Shown here: positions 36,775-49,199 of the stretch, in pieces
How positions within the stretch are numbered: position 1 is the stretch's first letter
Layout: every line of letters starts with the position of its first letter
NCBI RefSeq assembly: GCF_963921235.1
Contig: NC_086108.1
Coordinates: 103,232,001 to 103,296,000 of the forward strand
Length of the DNA: 64,000 nucleotides
Source: Mobula hypostoma
Lineage: Eukaryota
Direction of reading: 5' to 3'
Position numbers and translations under genes: made by a program
Notes under the pieces: model-generated
What the model was told of the DNA's origin: nothing
Database searches by the model: none
The model's input: only the letters and a program-made list of their open reading frames with translations

Positions 36775-38410
36775 CAGTGCTGATAAAAAGTATTTACTCT
36801 CCCCCACCCCTGAAGTTTTCATGGTTTATTGCTTTACAGCATTGAATCACAGTGGATTTAATTTGACTTTTTTTTTGACACTGATCAACAGAAAAGACTC
36901 TTTCGTGTCAAAGTGAAAACAGATCTTTACAAAGAGATCTAAATTAATTAAAAATATAAAACACAAAAGAATTGATTGCATAAATATTCAACCCCTGCCC
37001 CTCCCCCCCTTTAATATGGTACACCAAGTCGTCACTGGAGCAGCCAATTGGTTTTAGAAGTCACATAATTAGTTAAATGGAGATCTGATTTTGAAGACCT
37101 GTGCACCTGTGTGCAGTCAAGGTGTTTCAATCGATTGTAGTAAAAATACACCTGTCTCTGGAAGACCCGGCTGCTGGAGATTCAGTATTCTGGTAAAAAC
37201 TACACCATGAAAACAAAAGAACACTCCAAACAACTCTGCAAAAAGGTTATTGAAAAGCACAAGTCAGGAGACGGATACAAAAAATTTTTCAGCTCACTTA
37301 ATATCCCTTGGAGTACAGTTAAGTCAATCATCTAAAAATGGAAAGAATATGACACAGCTGTAAATCTGTGTAGAACAGGCCTCAAAACTGAATGACCATA
37401 CATGAAGGGGACTAGTGAGGGACCAAGAGACCTATGACAACTCTGGAGGAGTTACAGGCTTTAGTGGCTGAGATAGGAGAGATTGAGTATACAGCAACTG
37501 TTGTCCGGGTGCTTCACCAGTCACAGCTTTATGGGAGAGTGGCAAAGAGAAAGCCACTGTTAAAAAAAAACCTCCCATGAAATCTCAGCTAGAGTTTGCC
37601 AGAAGGCATTTGAGAGACTCTGAAGACAGCTGGAAGAAGGTTCTATGGTCTGATGAAACCAAAACTGAGCATTTTGGCCATCAGACTAAACGCACATCAT
37701 CAAAAACATACCATCCCTACCGTGAAGCATGGTGGTGGCTGCATCATGCTGTGGGGATGCTTCATTGCAGCAGGCCCTGGAAGGGTTGTGAAGGTAGAGG
37801 GCAAAATTATTGCTGCAAAATACAGGGAAATCCTGGAAGAAAACCTGATGCAGTCTCCAAGAGAACTGCAACTTAGGAGAAGATTTATTTTCCAGCTAGA
37901 CAATGACCCCAAACATAAAGCCAAAGTTACACAGGAATGGCTTAAAAACAACAAGGTTAATGTCTTGGAGTGGCCAAGTCAGAGTCTGGACCTCAATCCA
38001 ACTGAGAATTTGTGGCTGGACTTGAAAAGGGCTGTTCACTTATGATCCCTATGCAATCTGACAAGGCTTGAGCAATTTTGTAAAGAAGAATGGGGAAAAA
38101 CTGCAGTGTCCAGATGTGCAAAGCTTGTAGAGACCTATCCACACAGAACAAGGCTATAATTGCTGCCAAAGGTGCATCTACTAAATACTGACTTGAAGGG
38201 GCTGAATACAAACAGTATGCAATCAATTATTTTGTGTTTTATTTTTGGAATTAATTTAGATCACTTTGTAGAGATCTGTTTTCATTTTGACATGAAAGAG
38301 TCTTTTTCTGCTGATCAGTGTCAAAAAAAGCCAAATTAAATCCACTATTGTGAAACATTAAAACGTGAAAAATTCCAAAGGGGGGGGTGAATACTTTTTT
38401 ATAAGTACTG
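36775..38410 (+). mobile_element. Full-length Tc1-family DNA transposon, inactive transposase
   Basis: TA TSD, TIRs of about 200 bp (CAGTGCTGATAAAAAGTATT... and ...AATACTTTTTATAAGTACTG). Transposase from ~37207 has WSDETK, FQLDNDPKH and DLNPTENLW motifs plus stops and frameshifts. Confidence 0.93.
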
Positions 38411-39299
38411 TATATACAGCCATTTGAACAGTAACCAGGATAAAAATTACGATGGGAGATAGAAGACATGTCAAAAGTGATGTGTTATAACCATGGAGAA
38501 TTTCAATATGCAGGCGGATTGGGAAAATTAGTTTGGTGCTGGATCCCAAGAGAGAGTATTTGTAGAATGCCTACAATATGGCTTTTTAAAGCAGTATGTG
38601 GATGAGCCCAGAAGGGGATCAGCTGTTCTGGATTGGGGTGTTGTGTAATGAACCAGATTTGATTAGGGTAAAGGAACCCTAAGGAAACAGTGAGCATAGT
38701 ATGATCAAGTTCACGCTGTACTTTGAGAGGGAAAGGCTAAAGCTGGATTTATCAGTATTACAGAACGGGACCTGAGTTGGAGTTTCTGGGAGCAATTTGG
38801 AAGGCACAGGATAGACACATCCCAAATAAGAAGTATTCTAAAGGCAGGATGATGCAACCATGGCTGACAAGGGAAGTCAAGGTCAACATAGCAGTAAGAG
38901 AGAGAACATATAATGGAACAACAATTAATAGGAAGTTAGGGGACTGGGAAAATTTTAAAAAACAACAAAAGGCAACTAACAAGGTCATAATGGGGGAGAA
39001 GATGAATTATAAAGATAAGCTAGCCAACAAAATCAGAGGATTCCAAATTTTTTTTCAGACAAATAAGAGGTAAAAAGAGGATGAGAGTAGATATTGAACT
39101 ACTGGAAAATGATGCTGGAGAGGTTGTAATGGGGGACAAAGAAATAGCGGACAAATTGTTAATTATTTTGCATCAGCCTTTACTGTGGAAGACACTAGCA
39201 GTATGCCAGAAGTTCGAGAGTGTCAGGGGGCAGAATTGAGTGCATTTGCTATTACAAAGGAGAAGGTGCTTGGGAAATTGAAAGGTCTGATGGTAGATA

Positions 39300-42200
39300 G
39301 AAAGATAGATAGATACTTTATCGATCCCAAAGGAAATTACAGTGTCACAGAAGGGAAGTAAGAAAGAATAAAAAATAAGTTACCTCAAACAATATAACAG
39401 GAAGGTGTCTTCACTTCCCTGACTATAGTTTGACTCATTATGGAGCCTAATGGCTGAGGGTAAGAATGACCTCATATAGCGCTCTTTGGAGCAGTTGTCT
39501 CAGTGTATTACTGAAAGTGCTCTTCTGTTCAGCCAAGGTGGCATGCAGAGGATGAGAAACATTGTCCGGAATTGCCAGCATTTGCTGGAGGGTCCTTTGT
39601 TCTACCACAGCCTCCAGTGTGTCCAGTTTGACTCTTACATCAGAGCCAGCCTTTCTAATCAGTTTGTTGAGCCAGTTGGCATCACCCGTGTTGATGCCAT
39701 TGCTTCAGCACGCCACCACATGGAAGATTGTATTGGCAACAACAGACTGGTAGGACATGTGAAGGAGAGGCCTGCATATTCCAAAGGGCCTCAATCTCCC
39801 AAGAAGTAGAGGTGACTCTGGCCCTTCTCATACACAGCCTCTGTGCTGGTGCTCCACTCAAGTCTGTCATCCAGGTGCACTCCCAGGTACCTGTAGGTCT
39901 TCACCACATCCACGTCCTCACCATCAATAGTAAAAGGAAGCAGTGCAGGCTTAGTGTTCCTGAAGTCTATTGTCTTACTAATTTTGGACTGCAGATGATT
40001 CAGTTTGTACCATTTGACAAAGTCCTCCACCAGGACCCTGTATTCATTCCCATTCTCCTTTTATACGCCCAACTATTGTTATTGTTGCAGATGACATGAC
40101 TCAGTGTTGTATCCGAGGTACACAGGGTAAACAGGAAGGGAGCCAATATAGTTCCCTTTGGGGCCCCAGTGCTGCTTATAGCCATGTCTGACACACAGCT
40201 CTGAAGCCGCAGAAGCTGTGGTCTGCCAGTCAGATAGTCCATTATCCAGAATACAATGGAAGTGGCAATCTGCATTAAATGGAGCTGTTCCCTCAGAAAT
40301 GAGGGCTGTATGGTATTGAAGGCACTTGAGAAGTCAAAAAAACATGATCCTCACAGTGCTGCCCTGCTTATCCAATGGGAGTCAGCTCTGTTCAGCAGGT
40401 AGATGACAGCATCGTCGACTCCAATGTGCTCCTGGTAGGTAAACTGCTGGGGATCGAGGGCTGATCTGACCAAGGGTTGGGGGTGAGCTAGGACCAGCTT
40501 CCCTCGGGTCTTCATGATGTGTGAGGTCAGAGCCACTGGACGGTAGTCATTAAAGATTTTGGTTTGGCTCTTCTTGGGTACTGGAACCACACATGATGTT
40601 TTCCACACGGTCGGGACCCATTCCAGGCTGAGACTCAGATTGGAAATGTGCTGGAGAACTCCACACAGCTCCTCAGCACACTCCATCAGAACCTTGGGGT
40701 TCACGCCATCTGGTCCGAATGCTTTGCCGTGTCTGAGATTCCCCGGAGCATTTCTTACCTGCTCAGTAGTGAAGCTGAGTCCATGATGACTGGGGAGTAG
40801 GTGGGGCTGGAGGAGGAGAAGATCGGGATATTAGCAGTTAGTACATGGAGGCGTGGACGTTAGGTGCAGTGTAAGGAGGGGATGTAGCCAATGGTAGTCT
40901 ATGTAGTTCATCCACGTGTTGAACTGGAGTGGGAGAGGAGGGAGGAGGTGCTGAGGAAGCATTGGGTGCCTCGGCAACTCAACTGGTGTGCTGAGGGGGG
41001 TGTGAACACGAGAGCAATTGTCAAACCTATTAAAGAATTGGTTTAACTTATTAGCCCATTCATGGCTGCATGCCAAAGCTCTACAGCTGGGCTGATTAAA
41101 GCCAGTGTGTCATGGTCCAATCCATGAAATCCGCATTCCGGTTGACGGTCCGGTCCGTTGACTCCTTATTCCGGGATTTCCTGTTTGCCCTCGTTCCATT
41201 GTGTGCCTTAATTGAGGCACCTGATTCTCGTTCTGGGCTGGCACATAAATACTTCTCAAACCAAGGATTCCCTGCTGGACTGTTTCTGTCCCCTTCCATT
41301 TATATCCCTGTCAAGTTCAACTGGCTGAATGAGACTGGAGCCTTGCCATGCCAAGATAAGGAACTATCTATTGTTGAGTTTGGAACTATCTCTTTGTGTC
41401 CCTGTGTTTTGTATCTGTGTCAAAGAAGAGTCCCGGCCCTAGTTCCTGTTCCCAAGGAGGGGTCCCTGTTCTGTGTTCCAAGTTCCAGGTGCCGTGTTCC
41501 AGTCCTGTCCAAGTCAAGGCTTCGTGTTCTCATCCAGTCCAGGAGTTACCTCGGCAGTTTACCTTGGTAGTATCCTTAGCAGTCATCCTGGCCCTGGGTC
41601 CTACAAAGGGTCCCGGACCTGTATTCAAGAACCTAATCAAGCTGAGTCCAAGAACTGAGCCAAGCCTAATCCAAGAGCCTTGTCCTACCCTGGAATACCT
41701 CATCCTGCCCTGGAGTACCTCATCCAGTTCACATCCAAGGCTCTGAGTGTTCAGTCCACGTCCAAGGCTCTATGTTCCTGTGTTCCAAGACCAAGTCTCA
41801 GTGCTGTGTTCCAGCCCTGTCCAAGTCTGAGCTTCATGTCCTCATCTAGTTCCGGTACCTCACACAGTCCTGGGGTACCTCATCCTGTCCTGTAGCCACG
41901 TCCTGTCCTTGCCAAGATCCTAGTCCCAAGTCCTAACCTAGACCCAGGTTCTGGTTCCGAGTCAAGATCCAGGTTCTGGGTCCTTGTCCAGGCTGTGGTT
42001 CCAGAGTTCTGTGTTCCTAGTCGAGGCTCCTTGTTCCTAGTTCCCCATCCAGGTTCCTGTGTTTCTAGTCCAAGCCCTAGCCCAGGCCCTGAATCCTAGT
42101 CTCGTCCAGGGCCTGTGTCAATATCCAGTGTTGTTTCTTCCTTACTCACCTTGCTATCTCGATAAACCTACTCCTGTTCCTGGTACTTCAGTGTCTGTGT

Positions 42201-43271
42201 CTTGCATTTGGGTCTGCTCCCAATGCCCCCCCCCCCCGCTTATAACAGAACAGTCCAGTCAAATATGGATCCAGCGACACAGACACTATTGTTTTACTTT
42301 CGCCATCCTGGGTTCCCTCCTGTTGAATACCCCCCACTCTCCTGTCCGTGTCGTTCATAGTCTGGGAAAGCCTTTTGGGTCACCAGGAGGCTCCCATAGG
42401 GAGGATGGGGTGGGGGTTGCTGTCATGGTCTGGTCCGTGAAATTCACAGTCCAGTCCGTTGACTCCTTATTCTGGGTTTTCCTGTTTTCCCTTGTTCCAT
42501 TGGGTGCCTTAATTGAGGCACCTGGTTCTCATTTTGGGCTGCACATAAATACCTCACAAACCAAGGATTCCCTGCTGGACTGTTCTCTTCCCCTTCCTTC
42601 TGAAGCCTTGCCTGCATCCCCATCCAGTTCAACCACTGGGGTGAGACTGGAGCCTTGCTATGCCAAGATAAGGAACTATCTATTGTTGAGTTTGGAACTA
42701 TCTCTTTGTGTCCCCATGTTTGTGTCCGTGTCAAAGAAGAGTCCCAGCCCTAGGTCCTGTTTCCAAGGAGGGGTCCTGGCTCTGTGTTCTGTGTTCCAAG
42801 TTCCAGGTGCCGTGTATCGGTCCTGTCCAGGTCAAGGATTCGTGTTCTTGTCCAGCCCAGGAGTTACCTCGGTGAGTTACCTCAGCAGTCATCCCAGCCC
42901 TGCATCTTAGAAAGGGTCCCGGCCCTGTACCCAAGAGCCTAGTCAAGTCTAGTCCAAGTACTGAGCCAAACCTAGTCCAAGAGCCTCATCCTGCCCTGGT
43001 GTACATCGTCCGGTCTGCATCCATGGCTCTGTGTGTTCAGTCCATGTCCAAAGCTCTGTGTTCCAAGACCAAGTCCAGGTGCCGTGTTCCAGCTCTGTCC
43101 AAATCTGAGCTTCGTGTCCTCATCTAGTTCCGGTACCTCACTCAGCCTGGTGCTGGAGATTCCTCGTCCTGTCCTTGCCAAGATCCTAGTCCCAAGTCTC
43201 CACTCCCAACACCCATCTTATAACAGTGGTTCTTCATGCCTCTCCACACCTCCCATGTGCTACTCTGCCCA
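39300..43271 (-). mobile_element. Rex1/Babar LINE (RT region), itself interrupted by an LTR element
   Basis: NDYRPVALTSHIMK, STGAPKGT.LAPFLF and YRYLGVHLDDRLEWS motifs. (ATCT)n tail and AGATA duplication at both ends. Confidence 0.88.
41108..43225 (+). mobile_element. Internally deleted (TRIM-like) Gypsy-type LTR element
   Basis: Direct repeats 41108-42247 and 42421-43225, both TGTCATGG...TATAACA. The 173-bp spacer carries ATGGATCCAGCG and a polypurine tract just before the second LTR. Confidence 0.8.
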
Positions 43272-45099
43272 AGATAAGTCACCTGGACCAGAAGGACTCC
43301 ACACAAGGGTTCTGAAAGAGGTGGTTGAAGAGATTATGGAGGCATTAGTAACAATCTTTCAAGAATCTCTAGATTCTGGCATGGTTAGAGGACTGGAAAA
43401 TTGCAAATATCACTCCACTCTTCAAGAAGGGAGGGAGACAGAAGAGAAGAAATTATAGGCCAGTTACCCTGACCTCTGGTTGGGAAGATGTTGGAGTTGA
43501 TTGTTAAGGATGTGATTTCGGGGTACTCGGGGTTCATGATAAAATAGATCAAAGTCAGCTTAGTTTCCTTAAGGCAAAATCTTGCTTGACAAATCTGTTG
43601 GAATTCTTTGAGGAAACAACAAGCAGGGTAGACAAAGAAGAATTGGTGGATGTTTTATTCTTAGATTTTCAGAAGGACTTTGACAAAGTGCTGCACATAA
43701 TACTGCTTAATAACATGCGAGCCCATGGTATTACAGGAAAGATAGTACCATGGATACTGCATTGGTGACTGGCAGGAGGCAAAGAGTGGGAATAAAGGGA
43801 GCCTTTACTGGTTGGCTGCCAGTGGTGTTCCACAGGGGTCGGTGTTGGGATCACCTCTTTTTGTTTTATGGCAATAATTTCAATGACAGAATTGGTCTTG
43901 TGGCCAAGGTTTGCGGATGATACAGGAGCAAGTAGTATTGAGGAAGCAGGGAGGTTGCAGAAGGACTTGGACAGATTAGAAGAATGGACAAAGAGGTGGT
44001 AAATGGAATACAGTGTTGGGACATATATGATCATGCACTTTTGTAGATGGAATAAAAGCATAAACTATTTTCTGAACATGGAGAAAATTGAAAAATCCAA
44101 GGTGCAAAGAAACTTGGGAGTCCTCATGCAGGACTCCCTAAAGTTTAATTTGCAGGTTGAGTCAGTGATGAAGAAGGCAAATGCAATGCTAGCATACATT
44201 TCAAGAGGACTAGACTACAAAAGCAAGGATGTAACCTTGAGGCTTTATAAGGCAATGGTGAGGCTTCACTTGGAGTACTGTGAGCAGTTTTGGGCCCCTC
44301 ATTTAAGAAAGGATGTGCTAAGAATGGGAGAGGGTTCAAAGGAAGTTCATGAGAATAATGCTGGGAATGAAGGGCTTCAGGAGCCTGATTGTTGAGGGGC
44401 AATAACTGGTGCTGACCCTGGTGACATGGCTGCTTAGAGGTAAATCTAGATAGGTACTTCAGGTGGAGTGTCCCACAGCTGAGAGCCTGTCTTCACAATG
44501 AGATGTTAAAAATTACATTACCAACTATCTCACCAAGCAAAGGAGTTCTCAATGCCTTTGGGAATATTCATTCCTCCGATAAACTGATTATGTGTCCAGG
44601 CAAGCTGATCAAAGGCTAAATCATATACACAAGAGATTCTGCAGGTGTGGGAAATCCAGAGCAACACACAAAATGCTGTAGGAATTCAACAGATCAGATC
44701 AGACAGCGACGCTTTGGGCTGACAGCTTTCTTCAGGACTGTTTCGGAACGTTACCTTTCTTTGGGATTGATTCGGGCCGTGACTCTTCATCGGGACTGGC
44801 AGGAGGCAAAGAGTGGGAACAAAGGGAGGCTTTACTGGTTGGCTGCCAGTGGTGTTCCACAGGGGTCGGTGTTGGGACCACTTCTTTTTGTTTTATGGCA
44901 ATAATTTCAATGATAGAATTTATGTCTTGTGGCCAAGGTTTGCGGATGATACAAAGATAGGTACGGGGGCAAGTAGAATTGAGGAAGCAGGGAGGTTGCA
45001 GAAGGACTTGGACAGGCTAGAAGAATGGACAAATCGGGACTGTTTCAATGACTAAACAACACTGCTAGTTTGGTTCTAAAGTCGACACTTTGAGGAGTC

Positions 45100-45720
45100 T
45101 TCATTAGTTGACTCTCGTCGAACGGAGCAATACCACGGTCATGATCTGCGATCCCGTAACGGGGAAAATGAAATGCGGTGCAGAACGGTGACGAAGATCG
45201 CGTGGGAGCATCACATTGAAGGGCTGATCCTTCGACACGGCTCTGCTGAAGTGGGGGGTGGGGGGCGTGCGCTGAATAAAACTACGTTCGGAGACACACG
45301 GCAGAGCACACCAGTGGAGAACGGGCTGCGGTTCCGACGCCCTTGCGTTGGACACTTGCCGAGCACCGGCGCCCCTGTCGCTTGCACCCAGCATCCCAGG
45401 TAGAGAGAGCAGCCTGCGTCCCGGAACCATGAACACCACCGAGGCGAAGGACTACCTCTCCAAGCGGCAGATCCCCCCGCTCTTCGAGGTGAGAGAACAG
45501 AAATAACTCGTAGCCATTCGCGTAGTTCGGTCTCGAACGAGTAGACCCGGCGAGGATGGGCTCCTGATCCAAGTATTTCTGTCTGGTTTGTCTATTGGGG
45601 GCAAAACAAAACCTTGCAAATGAGCGGGCAATTCTTCTAATTAAGTAGTGCAATTTAGTGGTGCATCGGGACTTTGCGGTGTAATGGCGGGAAGAGAGTC
45701 CGGGATATCGGAGTGGTGAA
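45100..45720 (+). promoter_or_regulatory. AK5 CpG island/promoter
   Basis: High CpG density relative to the flanks, surrounding AK5 exon 1. GC-box-like GGGGGCGTG near 45260. Confidence 0.65.
45429..45488 (+). CDS. AK5: AK5 coding exon 1: MNTTEAKDYLSKRQIPPLFE
   Basis: ACCATG start in a CpG island, 60 nt, donor GAG|GTGAGA. Resembles the AK5 N-terminus (dimerisation/docking-like domain). Confidence 0.93.
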
Positions 45721-47213
45721 TTTGTGGAATTCATTATCACAAACGGCCCTGGAGGTCAAGTCATGGAGTATATTTAAAGCGGGGGTTAATAAGTTCTTGA
45801 TTAGTAAGATCATTAGAATTTATGGCGAGAAGGCAGGAGAATGGGGTAATAAATCAGCCATGATCAAATGGTGGAGCAGACTCGATGGGCTGAATAGCCT
45901 AATTGTCCTACTATGCCTTATGGTCTTATTCGGGGTTAATTCAGGGTTTGGATGCACGAGAGACTGCAGAGTCCAAAACCAAAATCCTGACCTTCCCTTT
46001 GCCTCCACAGATTCTGCTCAGCCCATTGAGTTCTTCAGGCAGTTTGGTTGTTGGCTCTGGATTTGTATTGTGTGTGTGTGTGTGGGGGGGGGGTAGGGAG
46101 AGGGTTGAGTAAGGTGGTTAGAGGTGATGTGGATAGGAAAGGTGTTTAGTGCCCGTTCTCAGGGGAATACCATCTTAGCTTGATCTGAATCCAGGACCTC
46201 CCCATCCAACAGCTTTACACCAGTGGGTCAAGAAGGCAGCCCACCTTCACCTGCTGACTGGCCATTCGCCCTTGTCACCTGGATTTGTCGGTGACTCCCT
46301 CCTGCCCTGAATGACTGCGGAAGGATTGGCTGGTTCTGTTTGGGTGTCAGGCTGGCTAGCAGTGAAAAAACATCGAACATTCCAGCACGGTACAGATCCT
46401 TCAGCCCACGGTATGTGGCCAACTTTTTAACCTACTCTAAGATCAATCTAACCCTTCCCTCCTACATATCCCTCCATTTTCCTCTCATCCATGTGTCTAT
46501 CTAAGAGTTTCTTAAATGTCCCTAATGTATCTGCCCCTGCCACCACCCCGGCAGCATGTTCCACGCACCCACCACTCTGTGTAAAGAACTTACTGACATC
46601 CCGATGTCCTTTTCTCCAATCATCCTAAAATTATGCCCTTCTTATATTAGCCGTTTCTGTCCCGAGGGAAAAAAATTCTGGCTATCCACCCAATCTATGC
46701 CTCTTATCTTCTTGTACACCTCAGTCAAGTAACCTCACATCCTCCTTCACTCCAAAGAGAAAAGCCCTAGTTCGCTCAAACTATCTTCATAAGACAAGTC
46801 CAGGCAGTATCCTGGTAAATCTCCTCAGCATTTATATGAACTGGTATTTATATACAAAGGTCTGTGTTTGCTGGGTATCACAATCTATTGTCATTAACTT
46901 TATAATGCAGGATCACATTCTAATGCATGAGACACAGATGGTCAAGATAGGAAGTCTTGGGGCAAAACACCACCTCTGTCAAATGGTAAAATATCCATGA
47001 CTATGTATTGAAAAAGATCTAGTACCAATCCCTCAACCAACATCACAAAATTAAAAATTAAACTGAAATCATGCTGTGTGAAAATTGGCCACAATTGTTC
47101 ACTACATTACAACAGTGGCTAAACTGCTATAGAACATGGAGTATAGAACAATAAAACCTTCTGGCCCAGGATGTTGTACCAACCTTTTAACCTTCTCTAT
47201 GATCAAACTAACC

Positions 47214-47292
47214 CAGGGGTCCCCAACCTTTTTTATGTCATGGATCCCTACCATTAACTAAGGTGTCCATGGACTCCAGATTGGGAGCCTCG
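47214..47292. mobile_element. Small degenerate hAT-type MITE inside a CR1 tail
   Basis: CAGGGGTCCCCAACC left end, imperfect right end ...TTGGGAGCCTCG, TSD degenerate. Confidence 0.5.
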
Positions 47293-49199
47293 TTAATCCT
47301 TCCCTCCTACACAGCCATTTTTTACTGTCTGATAGAAAAATGTTATATTGACAGTAAACAGCTTTGGACACTAATCTTGTGATAAGCCTTGTATCAATTT
47401 CCTTTCTTGTACTGAAAGTGATAGTTTTTCAGCATGATTCCCAGTGCCTAATTATAAATGAACAGAAGATTGAACTGCCAGGTTGGCCCAGAGTAGACTC
47501 TTCATGTTTTTAGTTATCCTTCACATCTTCATCTTCCCTGACATTTACTGCAAAAGGTTGTCTAGTCCCACACTGAGCTTTATTATGTTTCTGTTTCCCA
47601 AGAATTATGATAATATATCCTACTAGACATCTCTTTCTCAGCTCATTACAGTGAGTGATGTTAATACTAAGCAACACATGCAAGATGCTGGAGGAAATCC
47701 AGCCATTTCTGAGACGGGAAGACCTGCAGTATAAGGAAAGACTGAATGGGTTAGGAATGTAGAAGATTGAGGGGAGATTTGATAGAGGTATTATGAGAGG
47801 TATAGATAGGGTAAATGCAGGCAGGCGTTTCCCACTGAGGTTGGATGGGACTATAACTGAAGGTCATGGGTTAAGAGTAACACGAGGGGAAACATCTTCA
47901 CTCAGAGGGTCGTGAGAGTGTGGAACGAGCTGCCAGCACAAGAGGCGCATGCGAGCTCAATTTCAATGTTTAGAGGAAGTTTGGATAGGAATGTGGATGG
48001 CGGGGTGTGGAATGCTATGGTCCAGGTGCAGGTCGATGGGATTAGACAGTCTAAATGGTTTGGCATGGACTTATGGGCCAAAGGACCTGTTTCTTCGCTG
48101 TACTTTTCTATGACTCTATAACTCAGCACGTCCAGCTGTGTCTGCAGAACATGAAACATCAAACATTACAGCACAGTACAGACCCTTCAGCCTACAACGT
48201 TGACCTGACTTTTTAACCTACTGGAAGATCAATCTACCCCCTCCCTCCTACATTTCCCTCTATTTTCATCATCCACATGCCTACCTAAGAGTCTCGAATA
48301 TTCCTGATGTGCTTGCCTCTACCAGCACCCGAGGCAACATGTTCCACACACCCACCACTCTGTGTAAAACAAAACTATCTCTGACATTTCTCACAAAGGA
48401 TCCAAGACATGGACCGTTTATTCCCTTTTACTGCCGCTGCCTGACCTGCTGAATTCCTTCCTCCAGCATTTTATGGGTGTTGCTCAAGATTTCCAGCACC
48501 TGCAGAAAATCTCTTGTGTCTTTGTCGGTACTGTGTAAGATATTTCTCTCCTCCTTTTCTCTTTAAGTATTTCTATGTTTCTCCCAATTTGTTTGAGGTA
48601 GGAATATGGCTCAGGAGCTTGAAGACTCGTACGGCCAGATTTGGGAACAGCTTCTTTCCAACTGTGATAAGACTGCTGAACAGTTATCGTACCCTCCAAA
48701 TATCCGGACCTGTCTCTAGGTTTTTTTTTGCACTACCTTACTTTCCATTTTCTATTTATGATTTATAATTTAAATTTTTAATATTTACTATTGATTTGTA
48801 CTCCTGGGAGCGCAAAGCGCAGAATCAAATATCGCTGTGATGATTGTACATTCTAGTATTAATTGTTTGATGACAATAAGGTATAAACTATATGTAAAAA
48901 TTTGCAAAGGGCCTCAGGAGTAATTTCAGTGGGTTTTGGCAGTGGAGCATTTTGTGAATGGGACCCTCAGGACTGTGTTAGTATTTGCAAGTGGCCTCCT
49001 GTCTTGTTGAGCACTGAATGTGTTGTATGTGCAGCTTATGCAAAGATATGTTGATACATTCAGTTTGTGTCCAGAGGCACATTATCAACATAGTCAGCTT
49101 GCACCCAGGGCTATGTTAGTTTTTGCTGTTTATGCCCAGGGATATGTCAGCATACGCAGCGTATTTGTAGGGTGTGTGTGTGTATGGATTGAATCATAG

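Larger units (their letters stand above)
35580..44380 (+). mobile_element. Near full-length degenerate CR1 (ORF1 end plus ORF2), split by at least three insertions
   Basis: APE endonuclease motifs (YLNA.S, ESWL, VESLWV.LRN, GKKTLMGV), with the RT domain resuming at 43272 (DKSPGPEGLH). Confidence 0.85.

Noticed and set aside
37653..38045. Functional transposase
   Set aside because: Upstream stop (~37333), frameshifts and a deletion relative to typical Tc1 transposases.
42059..42910. 283-aa ORF and neighbouring ORFs at 41100-43460
   Set aside because: They lie in A-poor, repetitive LTR sequence where stops are rare by composition, with no protein motif.
45104..45740. Several overlapping ORFs of 76-152 aa around AK5 exon 1
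   Set aside because: Expected by chance in a CpG island. The true frame is the 60-nt AK5 exon.
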